Part shown: piece by piece, positions 9,044-18,388 of the stretch
Layout of the letters: every line of letters begins with the position of its first letter
Numbering within the stretch: position 1 is the first letter of the stretch
Origin: a virus
Lineage: Duplodnaviria; Caudoviricetes
Length of the DNA: 52,209 nt
Direction: 5' to 3' (one strand)
Virus record (IMG/VR): IMGVR_UViG_3300025674_000062
Coordinates: 1 to 52,209 of that record
Notes under the pieces: generated by a model
What the model was told of the DNA's origin: nothing
What the model saw: the letters and a program-made list of their open reading frames with translations, nothing else
The model's database searches: none
Translations under genes and position numbers: made by a program

Positions 9044-12000
9044 ATGATTAAGAAACCATTACGCATCTGTCACTTCGCTGACACCCACATCCGGAACCTA
9101 AAATTCCACGACGAATACAGATTTGTATTTAATCAAATTTATAAAAAACTATTATCACAAAAACCAGATTATATAATTCATTGTGGGGATCTGGCTCACA
9201 CCAAAACTCAATTGTCGCCAGAGTACTTTGCTCTGGCTTCTGAGTTCTTAAAGAACTTAGCTGACATTGCACCAACTTACATTATTCTTGGAAACCATGA
9301 CGGTAATCTAAAGAATTCTGATAGGGAAGATGCTGTGTCTCCCATAGTAAATGCCCTAAACCATCCACAATTGCATTTGCTAAAGAACTCTGGGCGTGTA
9401 TCACCACAACCTGGCTTGTCCCTAAATGTCCTGTCAATCTTTGACAGAGACGGTTGGATGCGTCCAAAGACCGGAGACATTAACATTGCTCTTTATCATG
9501 GTGCTGTTATGGGATCAAGAACAGGCTCAGGCTGGGCTATGGAACACGGAGACGATGACATAAGCATTTTCAAAGATCATGACTTTGTTATGCTTGGAGA
9601 TATTCACAAGCCACAAATCTTAGACACAGAAGGTCGTGTCCAATATGCTGGTTCCACAATTCAGCAAAACTTCTCAGAAGATGGACGCAAAGGCTACAAA
9701 CTATGGAACATAAGATCCAAAGATGATTTTGATTGTCAGCATGTAATCTTCACAAATCCTCGACCATTTGTCACAGTAGACCTAGACCAAAAGGGTGGCA
9801 TACCTCAACACATTCATGTGCCTCACGGTTGTCGTCTAAGATTAATCTCAACAACAAATTTAGATAGTGCTACAATCCGCAAGGTTACCGATTTAGCGCG
9901 TTCTAAATACAATCCGGTGTCTTTGACCTTTCTAAACAAAGGAACATCTCAATTCACAACCTCGGGCGGAGAAGAGCATAAGATGGAGAACATGCGTGAT
10001 GCTTCCATCCAAGAACAATACATTAGAGATTATTTAAAGGATTATGACTTAGAAGAAGACTTGATGTGTCAAGTGTTGGATCTCAATACTAAATACAATA
10101 TAGAGGTTGAGAAAAGTGAAGAAGTCAGAAGAAATGTCAAATGGAATATTAAAGAGATGGAGTTCTCGAATCTATTTAATTATGGACAAGACAATAGGTT
10201 GGATTTTGATAGCCTTTCTGGAACTGTTGGCATTTTTGGGAAGAACTACAGTGGGAAGTCTTCTGTTATTGATTCTGCTCTTTATGGCATTTTTGGCAGA
10301 ACCAGCAAGGCCGAAAAGAAAAACGTTCACCTCGTCAATCAAAACAAAGACAAAGCCTCTATCAGAATGGTTGTGGAAGCAGATGGTCAAGAGTATCAAA
10401 TTACTCGCAATCTTAATAAATCTAGCAAGACCGTCAAAGGAAAGTCCGTCGCTACTGCCTCTGGTGATCTTGATTTCCATAATCTCACTACCAATTCTTC
10501 TTGCAACGGGGATTCTGTAAAAGATACCGAAGCTAACATAAGAAAGATCTTTGGCGACATTGAAGACTTTATGATAACTTCTATGGCTTCTCAAATGGAT
10601 TCTCTTTCTTTTATTAACGAAGGTTCAACCAAGCGTAAGAATACACTTGCGAAGTTTCTTGATTTGGACATTTTTGAACAAAAACTTAACTTTGCCAAGA
10701 AAGATTCCTCTGAGATTTCAGCGCTGATAAAACGTCTCAAGAATAAAAAGCTTGGAGAATTGTTGGTTGCAAAGCAAGAAGAAGTCGAGGAGATCAATGA
10801 TGATATTGATCAACAAACAGATCTTTGTAAAAAGCATACCAATCGTTATGAAGAATTGCTAAAAGAATTAGCAGACATAGAGCAAGAAATCAACTCTATT
10901 CCTCAACAAATTATTGACATTGATGAGTTAGAAGATGAGATCGATAGACTTGATGTCGAGATACATAAGGCTGGTGTTAAGGTTTCCGGAAATAAAACCA
11001 CTATAAAAGAAAACATTTTAGCAATTGAACAAGCAGAAGCTATTGTAAGCTCCATAAATGAACATAGGCTTGCGCAAATAATAGAGCAGTGTAATGACTT
11101 CGAGAAGTCTCTAAAAGCTTCTGAAAAGGAACTACAGGCTCTCAAAACAAAAGAAAAGCAGTCTATCAAAAAGATCAACATGCTTCATGACCATGAGTAT
11201 GATCCTAACTGTGAATACTGTTCTAATAACAAGTTTGTAAAAGATGCTACCAAAGCCAAAGATTATCTTCCAACTCTTGAGGAAGAAATTGAGGAGGTTG
11301 AAAAGATTATTGATGGTTGGAAGCTAAAGATCTTTGGGTTGGACAAAGAATCAGCTGAAAAAGATCTTCGAATTCTTGATGAGAATATAAGCAAAAGGGA
11401 CAAGTTTGTACAAATAAACAAAAACTTAGAGATTACAAATGAGTCTATTGTTTCAAAAATTTCTTTGATGGGTAACCAGAAAGCTTCTCTCGAACAACAA
11501 CGAGACGAGTATAATGCCAATAGGCAAGCAATTGAGAACCTATCTTCTCTTGTTAAAACCAAGAATGCTGTGAAGACTAAAATGAATGAAGCAAAAGGTC
11601 GCAAAGAAAGATGCGATAAAAAGATTCAGGATTTGTTAGTTGAGCTTGGAGCTGTTAAAAGTACCATCAAGCGTCTTAATGTTGAAAAACGAGAGCAGGA
11701 TGAATTGGAAGAATCTTTCATAGCTTATGAATTGTTTATGCGTTGCATGCATCCAAATGGAATTGCTTATGAGATTATCAAACAAAAACTATCTCTTATT
11801 AACGAGGAAATACAAAAGTGTCTTGCAAACATTGTTGACTTCCAAGTTATGTTCGAGGAAGATGGTCGCAATCTAGATATCAATATAAAGCATCCAAAGT
11901 ATGACTCTCGACCTATCTCAATGGGATCAGGCGCAGAGAAGACCATAGCAGCTATGGCCATTCGTCTTGCTCTTATCGAGATAACCAATTTGCCTAAATC

Positions 12001-12196
12001 TACGCTGTTTATCATGGATGAACCGGCAACGGCATTAGACCAAGAGCATATGGAGGGCTTTGTAAGACTAATTGATATGATAAAAGACAAGTTCAAAACA
12101 GTGCTATTGATCTCTCACCTTGATGTTCTAAAAGACTGTGTTGATAAAACGATAGACATACAGAAAGTTGGCGGTTATGCAAAAGTAAACTGCTAA
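9044..12196 (+). CDS. fused Mre11/SbcD nuclease - Rad50/SbcC ATPase (T4 gp47-gp46-like)
   Basis: Phosphoesterase motifs DTH, GDL, GNHD, HG, GDIH; Walker A GKNYSGKS; coiled coil with CEYC zinc hook; signature SGAEK; Walker B FIMDEP; ISH. Confidence 0.9.
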   Translation: MIKKPLRICHFADTHIRNLKFHDEYRFVFNQIYKKLLSQKPDYIIHCGDLAHTKTQLSPEYFALASEFLKNLADIAPTYIILGNHDGNLKNSDREDAVSPIVNALNHPQLHLLKNSGRVSPQPGLSLNVLSIFDRDGWMRPKTGDINIALYHGAVMGSRTGSGWAMEHGDDDISIFKDHDFVMLGDIHKPQILDTEGRVQYAGSTIQQNFSEDGRKGYKLWNIRSKDDFDCQHVIFTNPRPFVTVDLDQKGGIPQHIHVPHGCRLRLISTTNLDSATIRKVTDLARSKYNPVSLTFLNKGTSQFTTSGGEEHKMENMRDASIQEQYIRDYLKDYDLEEDLMCQVLDLNTKYNIEVEKSEEVRRNVKWNIKEMEFSNLFNYGQDNRLDFDSLSGTVGIFGKNYSGKSSVIDSALYGIFGRTSKAEKKNVHLVNQNKDKASIRMVVEADGQEYQITRNLNKSSKTVKGKSVATASGDLDFHNLTTNSSCNGDSVKDTEANIRKIFGDIEDFMITSMASQMDSLSFINEGSTKRKNTLAKFLDLDIFEQKLNFAKKDSSEISALIKRLKNKKLGELLVAKQEEVEEINDDIDQQTDLCKKHTNRYEELLKELADIEQEINSIPQQIIDIDELEDEIDRLDVEIHKAGVKVSGNKTTIKENILAIEQAEAIVSSINEHRLAQIIEQCNDFEKSLKASEKELQALKTKEKQSIKKINMLHDHEYDPNCEYCSNNKFVKDATKAKDYLPTLEEEIEEVEKIIDGWKLKIFGLDKESAEKDLRILDENISKRDKFVQINKNLEITNESIVSKISLMGNQKASLEQQRDEYNANRQAIENLSSLVKTKNAVKTKMNEAKGRKERCDKKIQDLLVELGAVKSTIKRLNVEKREQDELEESFIAYELFMRCMHPNGIAYEIIKQKLSLINEEIQKCLANIVDFQVMFEEDGRNLDINIKHPKYDSRPISMGSGAEKTIAAMAIRLALIEITNLPKSTLFIMDEPATALDQEHMEGFVRLIDMIKDKFKTVLLISHLDVLKDCVDKTIDIQKVGGYAKVNC

Positions 12197-12205
12197 ATCT
12201 CTTTC

Positions 12206-12248
12206 AAAAGCCTATTTAGTGTAAAAGCTATTTAGGCTTTTTTCTTTT
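12206..12248 (+). terminator. hairpin/intrinsic terminator overlapping two CTATTTA motifs
   Basis: AAAAGCCTA...TAGGCTTTT inverted repeat followed by a T-rich run. Confidence 0.55.
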
Positions 12249-12258
12249 GGAGATAACA

Positions 12259-12537
12259 ATGACAAGAGAAGAATTTTTAAAACTTGGAGAACAAATGGAA
12301 GCCAAAGCAAAAGAAATGGATTTAAAAGATAAACTTTATCTTGATAATAAGAACAAAGGTATTCTTGATGCAATTCAAGAGAAAGCAGTTTCTCGTAAGC
12401 TGCTCGTATTTATAGTAGCCACAGCTTTATTGTGGAACGCGCAATTAGACCCTGAAACTTGGGGAATGATTGCTATGATTTACATCGGCGGACAAACCGC
12501 TGTTGACTTTGCCAAGATGTGGAGACATGGAGCGTAG
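12259..12537 (+). CDS. putative holin (2 TM)
   Basis: SRKLLVFIVATALLW and WGMIAMIYIGGQTAVD hydrophobic segments; basic C-terminus; GGAG before ATG 12259. Confidence 0.55.
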   Translation: MTREEFLKLGEQMEAKAKEMDLKDKLYLDNKNKGILDAIQEKAVSRKLLVFIVATALLWNAQLDPETWGMIAMIYIGGQTAVDFAKMWRHGA

Positions 12538-12539
12538 TT

Positions 12540-12875
12540 ATGTTCTGGGTGAATAAAGCAAGAAGATGGATAATAGCTCATAAGAACTGGTTGGTTCTTA
12601 TGGGTCTGTTTGTTTTATCTTATGTTCTCGGAAAGAAAGCTAATAAGAACTATCTTGAAATGGCCAAGCTTGCCAAAGATCAATACAAAAAAGAAAACGA
12701 AGAAATTCAACGCCTACAAAAAGAAAAGCAAGTCAGAGATAAAAAAGCAGATGAAAAATCCAAAGCAGTTAAAGCTGCCCTTGAAGCTGAAAAACAAAGA
12801 AAGTTAGATGAATTACAAAATAAAAACGCTAATATCGACGATGTTTTTCAAGACATTGGAATAAAGAAAAAATGA
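12540..12875 (+). CDS. putative inner-membrane spanin-like protein
   Basis: Single N-terminal TM (WLVLMGLFVLSYVLG) followed by a charged coiled coil; follows the holin-like gene. Confidence 0.45.
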   Translation: MFWVNKARRWIIAHKNWLVLMGLFVLSYVLGKKANKNYLEMAKLAKDQYKKENEEIQRLQKEKQVRDKKADEKSKAVKAALEAEKQRKLDELQNKNANIDDVFQDIGIKKK

Positions 12876-13312
12876 AAATAACCAACAAACAATTGAAACA
12901 AATTATTAAAGAAGAATTATCTTACATTCTTAATGAACAAGAAGATAGAATTCAAAAACTTGCTCGTTATATACGAAATGGAGATACAGAAGATTTAATT
13001 CACGGTTTGGAATTAATTGAGGCTGCTGGGTTGGAACCATGGCACAGAGCTGATCTTTATCAGGCAATAAAGCAACATGTAGACCCGATAAAAGAAGAGA
13101 TGAAATCACTAAGTATGAAAATTTATGAGTTACGAGAACAGCTTTGGGGCCGGATACAGACACAACGACCACCTAATCATCTTGAACAGAAATTAAATGA
13201 AGCAGAACAAAAATATGAAGAATTAAAATTTGAACTGAGACAAATTGAACCAGTTCTTTCTAAATTTAAAACTAATTCTATGGTTTATGTTGATGATCCT
13301 ACAATGGAGTAA
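12872..13312 (+). CDS. leader-family protein 3 (coiled-coil cargo)
   Basis: MKITNKQLKQIIKEELSYILNE; ATGA overlap with the upstream stop. Confidence 0.75.
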   Translation: MKITNKQLKQIIKEELSYILNEQEDRIQKLARYIRNGDTEDLIHGLELIEAAGLEPWHRADLYQAIKQHVDPIKEEMKSLSMKIYELREQLWGRIQTQRPPNHLEQKLNEAEQKYEELKFELRQIEPVLSKFKTNSMVYVDDPTME

Positions 13313-13315
13313 CAA

Positions 13316-13711
13316 ATGATTTTACTATTACTTTCAACACTTGCTTGGGGACAAGTTCCCGAGTACACACAAATAGAGCAAGGTGAGCCTGCTCCATTCT
13401 CCGGTCGCCTCTTCAATGAGGAGGCATCGCAACTTATTGCTGATCAATTAGCAAATTGTGTTGAGAAGTGTCAAATTGAAATGGACTATCAGCTTGGCTT
13501 AGCTCTCGCAAGGAAAGAAGAAGAATTAACACAAATAAAATCTCAACACAAGTATGATAAAGAAATTCTTCAACTTAAAGTAGAAGCACAGCAAGAAAGA
13601 ATTCAAGAACTTGAAAAGCTAAAAACACCACCAAAAAGACAACTTTGGTTCACGTTAGGACTAATTAGTGGAGTAGGAATTACAATTTCAATAGCAAAGG
13701 CGGTAAAATAA
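13316..13711 (+). CDS. exported coiled-coil membrane protein (possible spanin partner)
   Basis: Signal-peptide-like MILLLLSTLAWG, GEPAPFSG, coiled coil, C-terminal TM; no lipobox. Confidence 0.45.
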   Translation: MILLLLSTLAWGQVPEYTQIEQGEPAPFSGRLFNEEASQLIADQLANCVEKCQIEMDYQLGLALARKEEELTQIKSQHKYDKEILQLKVEAQQERIQELEKLKTPPKRQLWFTLGLISGVGITISIAKAVK

Positions 13712-14847
13712 TGAAAATAACAAAACAAGATATCAAAAGAATGATCAAGGAAGAACTAAAAAAAGTTCTCTTAGAAGATATAAGTCCAGTACCAAATATG
13801 AATCCAAGAGACGCTCTTCAGTTTATGAGAGAAGAACTAGAAGGCAAAACGCTTATCTTTTGGGATTTAGAAACAATCTCGGGAATGACAAAAGAAAAGT
13901 ACTTACCACCAGAGTTACAAGAAAGAACTTACTCTGGACAAATAACACAAATTGGTGCGACAGCATATGAAATCGAATCTTTAGATGATGACCCAGCACA
14001 AGCTTTAGTTGGAGAACCATTTGAAAGAAAAGTGATCCTCACCCCTGATACTTTAATGCAACAAGCTTTTGAGAGAGAGCAATTGAAAGACCCTGAATCT
14101 TCTTTTAGCAGATTAGCAGCCCGTCAGCCAGATGCTCCAATAACAGTTGATAAAACACTTCAATTTACACACCATAGTGATCTAGATCTTGAAGACGTTG
14201 ATGAAGCAGATGCTTTGATTGAATATTTTAATTGGCTTGATTCTTTTGATAATAAGGTTTTGTTAGGTCACAACATAATCACATTTGATAATCAATTTCT
14301 TAAGAAAAGAGTTGAGTACTTAGCTGAGACTTTAGAAGACAAACAAAAAGTTGCTCAATTAGTCTCTGGTTACGATTCGTTTTATGATAATGACTTTTTC
14401 GACACTTTAAAGTTTACACGTTATTTGTTTAAGCAAGTTATCACTATGCTTAACTCATATGAAGACCCAATAGCAGCTCAATTCTTTGATCCTGAAACAA
14501 ATCAGAAAAAAATTCAACAAGGAATTACACAAAAATTTACAAGTAAATTATCAAGACTTATGCAAGTTTATGCAAAAGACGCAATTCAATTACATACTGC
14601 TGCTGATGATACGAGACAGTTGGTTAATGTTTTCTTTAAAATGTATCAAACAATAAAAACAGCACAACAAAATCCAGATTATGCTCGTCAGATGGCTTCA
14701 CCGCATCACACTAATCCTATTAAAGCTGCTAAGCAATTGTTCCCAGACGATTTAGAAAAACAAAAATCTGTAAGGGATTTGGCACCAGATGAGATTAGCA
14801 GAATGTTAAAAAGAAAAATTAAATTTCCAGAAGACTGGGAGGTTTAA
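13711..14847 (+). CDS. leader-family protein 4: DEDDh 3'-5' exonuclease (DnaQ-like)
   Basis: Leader MKITKQDIKRMIKEELKKVLLE; ExoI FWDLET, ExoII GHNIITFD, DTL, ExoIII HTAADD. Confidence 0.8.
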   Translation: MKITKQDIKRMIKEELKKVLLEDISPVPNMNPRDALQFMREELEGKTLIFWDLETISGMTKEKYLPPELQERTYSGQITQIGATAYEIESLDDDPAQALVGEPFERKVILTPDTLMQQAFEREQLKDPESSFSRLAARQPDAPITVDKTLQFTHHSDLDLEDVDEADALIEYFNWLDSFDNKVLLGHNIITFDNQFLKKRVEYLAETLEDKQKVAQLVSGYDSFYDNDFFDTLKFTRYLFKQVITMLNSYEDPIAAQFFDPETNQKKIQQGITQKFTSKLSRLMQVYAKDAIQLHTAADDTRQLVNVFFKMYQTIKTAQQNPDYARQMASPHHTNPIKAAKQLFPDDLEKQKSVRDLAPDEISRMLKRKIKFPEDWEV

Positions 14848-15233
14848 TGAAAAATAAAGATCCAAATTATATTGTAAAAGTAGAAAAAGCTATTGCAGAA
14901 AAATACGGCCAAGAAGCCATCGACAATCCAAAGAGGCACTGGACCGACGAAAAAGAGAAGGAATATGTAAAACAACTAAAAGATCTTTACAAAGATTCAA
15001 AACAAAAAGATGACTTCCAAGTTGAAGTTGGTGGCGTTTTTATTGCAGAGAAACTAATTACCAAAGAATCTAAACGCTCTTGCCCTACTTGTAATACTTA
15101 TTCATTCAAATCAAACGATGACGTTTATATGGCAAAATTTGATTGTTGTGAAAAATGTTATATCCAATGGGTTGAGGGACGAGAAGAACGATGGCTAAAA
15201 GGATGGAGACCCCAAAATGAAAATAACAAATGA
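14847..15233 (+). CDS. hypothetical Zn-finger protein
   Basis: CPTC...CCEKC; C-terminal WVEGREERWLKGWRP. Confidence 0.55.
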   Translation: MKNKDPNYIVKVEKAIAEKYGQEAIDNPKRHWTDEKEKEYVKQLKDLYKDSKQKDDFQVEVGGVFIAEKLITKESKRSCPTCNTYSFKSNDDVYMAKFDCCEKCYIQWVEGREERWLKGWRPQNENNK

Positions 15234-15846
15234 ACAATTAAGACAAATTATCAAAGAAGAGCTTGAAGCTGTATTAAATGAAGCTTATGCAGGACAGGGA
15301 GAAACCACAGGTTTATCTGGTCGAACAGGTTATGCAAAAAGCAAACAGCAAAAAGATCTAGAACGAGATGCTAAAGCTAGACAATCTCAACATTATGATA
15401 ACCAAGAAGCTGGTGAGAGAGCTTATAGACAACAACAAGCAGACAAAAAACAAGCAGCAAAAGACAGAGCTGCCCCTGGGAAAAGAAGTGCTAACATACG
15501 CGAAATGTCAAAGTTTGTTGTTAAAGATACCATAAGTGACTTGATAGGATTGATGGATAGTGATTTTGGACAACATAGAGGCGATAGAACCGGTTTTTTT
15601 AAAGCTTTAAAAAAGATTAGCGGAATGACAGAAAAAGATTTTATAAATAAAGTAGAAGAAACAACCGAGGCTTATATGACAAAAAAGAATATTACACAAT
15701 TACAAGACAGAGATATGAAAAAAATTGCAAACGATTCGGCATTTGAAATTAAACAATTAATTAAAGATGCTAAAAAGAAAGCAAGGAATAGAACATTTAT
15801 GCAAAAAGCTGGTAGTTTTTTAACAGGTAAAGGCTTCAAACAATAA
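15217..15846 (+). CDS. leader-family protein 5 (basic, helical cargo)
   Basis: MKITNEQLRQIIKEELEAVLNE; GGAG RBS inside the upstream gene. Confidence 0.75.
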   Translation: MKITNEQLRQIIKEELEAVLNEAYAGQGETTGLSGRTGYAKSKQQKDLERDAKARQSQHYDNQEAGERAYRQQQADKKQAAKDRAAPGKRSANIREMSKFVVKDTISDLIGLMDSDFGQHRGDRTGFFKALKKISGMTEKDFINKVEETTEAYMTKKNITQLQDRDMKKIANDSAFEIKQLIKDAKKKARNRTFMQKAGSFLTGKGFKQ

Positions 15847-15858
15847 AAGGAGAATCTT

Positions 15859-16413
15859 ATGAGCAACACAACATTAGAAATTATACAAGGACTTTCACAA
15901 GCAGCAGCTAATGCTTACGATGGCGCACATGATGAAAAATATTCTTACGACGGTCAAGCTCGCACAATGGGTTTGAAAAGAGAAGAAGGTTGTCCAATTA
16001 TGGACAAAAGAGTTATGGACGGCTTCAAAGTTCGCTTCTATGGTGACTCAATGATTCTTTCTTACCAAGCCGAGGTTATGCTTAAAGAAGTTTATGGTGG
16101 GAGATTTGAACAAGATATTGAATCAATGATGAATGATATCAAGAAATTCTTGCAAAAAGAATACAGAGCAGTTACAGGAAAGTCAGTGACCCTTACAGCT
16201 AAAGGTGAGCCTAATATCCTTGTTCAATCAACATCAAGAATTCGTAATTGGGTTGAGGCACAACAACACTTCAAGATTGGCGGAATTGAATCCTTGCCTA
16301 TTCTTGAGCCTTCAATAGACCAAACAAGAGACGTAACAAGAAAGTTCTTAGAACAATTTTCGGACAAACGCCCACAAAACGATACACGCAAAAAAGGAGC
16401 AAATCAAAAATGA
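15859..16413 (+). CDS. hypothetical protein
   Basis: AAGGAG RBS, 184-aa ORF upstream of the terminase. Confidence 0.6.
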   Translation: MSNTTLEIIQGLSQAAANAYDGAHDEKYSYDGQARTMGLKREEGCPIMDKRVMDGFKVRFYGDSMILSYQAEVMLKEVYGGRFEQDIESMMNDIKKFLQKEYRAVTGKSVTLTAKGEPNILVQSTSRIRNWVEAQQHFKIGGIESLPILEPSIDQTRDVTRKFLEQFSDKRPQNDTRKKGANQK

Positions 16414-16730
16414 AAATCACAAATGAACAATTAAAGCAAATTATTAAAGAAGAATTAGAAACAGTCCTCAATGAAGAAAGACAAGCTTTTGTTTTTTTTG
16501 ATCCATCTGGAAACATAGAACTTCAAAATGTTAGCATTGACGATAGTCAAAATTGGAATATTCCTGTTCATTATTTTGATCAACAAAGCTACAGGACTCT
16601 ATTGTCATTGAAAGGGAAACCATTAGGCCAAGAAGGTGCTCAATATTTCTTCAACATGATAAAAAGACTTAATGCTAAACCTGATAAATTGAACGTTGAA
16701 AAATTAGCAAGAGCAAAGGTCACCAGCTAG
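16410..16730 (+). CDS. leader-family protein 6
   Basis: MKITNEQLKQIIKEELETVLNE; ATGA overlap, AAGGAG RBS. Confidence 0.75.
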   Translation: MKITNEQLKQIIKEELETVLNEERQAFVFFDPSGNIELQNVSIDDSQNWNIPVHYFDQQSYRTLLSLKGKPLGQEGAQYFFNMIKRLNAKPDKLNVEKLARAKVTS

Positions 16731-16742
16731 TAAGAAGGGATA

Positions 16743-18329
16743 ATGTCTCTAAAACTTTCAAAGCAAGAAATAATAAAAGAAATCCTTAAGTGTGGAAAAG
16801 ATCCTCTCTACTTTATTAATAACTATTGTAGGATCTCTCACCCACTTAAGGGTTTAATTCCTTTTAATACCTATCCTTATCAAGATGAATTGGTTAAGGA
16901 TTTTAACGACTATCGCTTTACCGTCATTCTCAAAGCAAGACAGTTAGGTATTTCCACAATCTCTGCTGCTTATGCTGTATGGTTTATGTTGTTTCATAAA
17001 GAAAAGAACATCTTGGTAATGGCAACCAAGTTCAATACAGCAGCCAACTTGGTAAAGAAAGTAAAAATGGTAATGAAAAACATTCCTCCGTGGATGGCAA
17101 TTGCCGACATTACGATAGATAACAGAACCTCGTTCGAACTTTCAAATGGCTCCACAATCAAAGCTGTTGGAACATCAGCAGACGCTGGTCGTTCGGAAGC
17201 CCTATCTTTGCTTATTATAGACGAGGCAGCGCACGTTGAAGGACTTGAAGAGCTTTGGGCAGGTCTTTACCCCACTCTATCAACAGGGGGTCGTTGTATC
17301 GCATTATCAACGCCTATGGGGGTTGGAAACTGGTTTCACAGAACTTATGTGGATGCCGAGAATGGAGATAATGAATTTCACCCTGTATCCTTACCTTGGG
17401 ATGTTCACCCTGAACGTGATCAGGCATGGTTCGCAAAAGAAACCAAGAACATGTCGAGAAGACAAATAGCACAGGAGCTTGAATGTAATTTCAACACATC
17501 TGGTGAAACTGTTATTCATCCGGATGACATTGCTTGGCTATTGGAACAACAACAAGAACCTGAGTACAAAACAGGATGGGATAGAAACTTGTGGATTTGG
17601 GAAAAGTATCAAGAAGGTGTTCCTTATCTTATGGTAGCAGACGTTGCTCGAGGAGACGGAGCTGACTCTTCTGTATTTCACATTCTGAGAACGGATACAA
17701 TGGATGTAGTTGCTGAATACCAAGGAAAACCAACGATGGATCATTTTGCTCAGATTCTAAATGATGCTGGGAAAGAATATGGCAACTGCCTTATAGTCAT
17801 CGAGAATGTTGGCATTGGTATTGCTGCTTGTGAGAAAGTAAGAGATCTTGGATATCCAAACCTTTATTATTCAATCAAATCAACACATGAATATGTTGAT
17901 TCTCTTGAAGGAGAATATAATGACAGAGCAGTTATAGGATTCACAACATCTGTCAAAACAAGGCCTCTGATTGTTGCCAAGCTCGAAGAATATGTAAGAA
18001 ATAAGCTGGTAAGACCAAAGTCAAGTCGGTTGTTTCACGAAGTAAAAACATTTATTTGGAACAACGGAAAACCACAAGCAATGCGATCTTATCATGACGA
18101 CTTGATAATGGCTCTCGCAATTGCGTGTTGGGTTAGAGATACGGCTTTGGAAGTCTCGGAGAAAGATAAGTTGTATCAAGAAGCAATGATTTCTTCTATC
18201 AAATCATCACAAACCACAATGAACACAGCTATCAAAGGAATGAGAGGATACACTGGGACAAAGACACAAGAGTCACTAGAAGAGTTTCAGAAGACATACA
18301 AAGACTTTGCTTGGATTTTCAGAGGATAG
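16743..18329 (+). CDS. terL: terminase large subunit (T4 gp17-like)
   Basis: YPYQ, Walker A KARQLGIS, Walker B LLIIDEAA, STPMG, nuclease ADVARG...D and HDDLIMA. Confidence 0.95.
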   Translation: MSLKLSKQEIIKEILKCGKDPLYFINNYCRISHPLKGLIPFNTYPYQDELVKDFNDYRFTVILKARQLGISTISAAYAVWFMLFHKEKNILVMATKFNTAANLVKKVKMVMKNIPPWMAIADITIDNRTSFELSNGSTIKAVGTSADAGRSEALSLLIIDEAAHVEGLEELWAGLYPTLSTGGRCIALSTPMGVGNWFHRTYVDAENGDNEFHPVSLPWDVHPERDQAWFAKETKNMSRRQIAQELECNFNTSGETVIHPDDIAWLLEQQQEPEYKTGWDRNLWIWEKYQEGVPYLMVADVARGDGADSSVFHILRTDTMDVVAEYQGKPTMDHFAQILNDAGKEYGNCLIVIENVGIGIAACEKVRDLGYPNLYYSIKSTHEYVDSLEGEYNDRAVIGFTTSVKTRPLIVAKLEEYVRNKLVRPKSSRLFHEVKTFIWNNGKPQAMRSYHDDLIMALAIACWVRDTALEVSEKDKLYQEAMISSIKSSQTTMNTAIKGMRGYTGTKTQESLEEFQKTYKDFAWIFRG

Positions 18330-18330
18330 C

Positions 18331-18370
18331 TTGACATTCGATTTACTTTATGTTATAATAGAACTATTTA
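18331..18370 (+). promoter_or_regulatory. tandem sigma70 promoter plus ACTATTTA motif upstream of portal
   Basis: TTGACA 18331-18336, N17, TATAAT 18354-18359; ACTATTTA 18363-18370. Confidence 0.75.
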
Positions 18371-18388
18371 CTACGAAAAGGAATAGCT

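Noticed and set aside
15053-15060. ACTAATTA as a late promoter for 15217
   Set aside because: It lies inside a coding region about 160 nm-scale equivalent of 160 nt upstream of the start and could occur by chance in AT-rich DNA
15859-16413. Small terminase call
   Set aside because: Only its position supports this; no recognisable motif
16743-16800. Terminase N-terminus KLSKQEIIKEILKC as a ninth leader
   Set aside because: It lacks the KEEL...LxE spacing and runs into the KC..DP.YF start typical of gp17-like terminases
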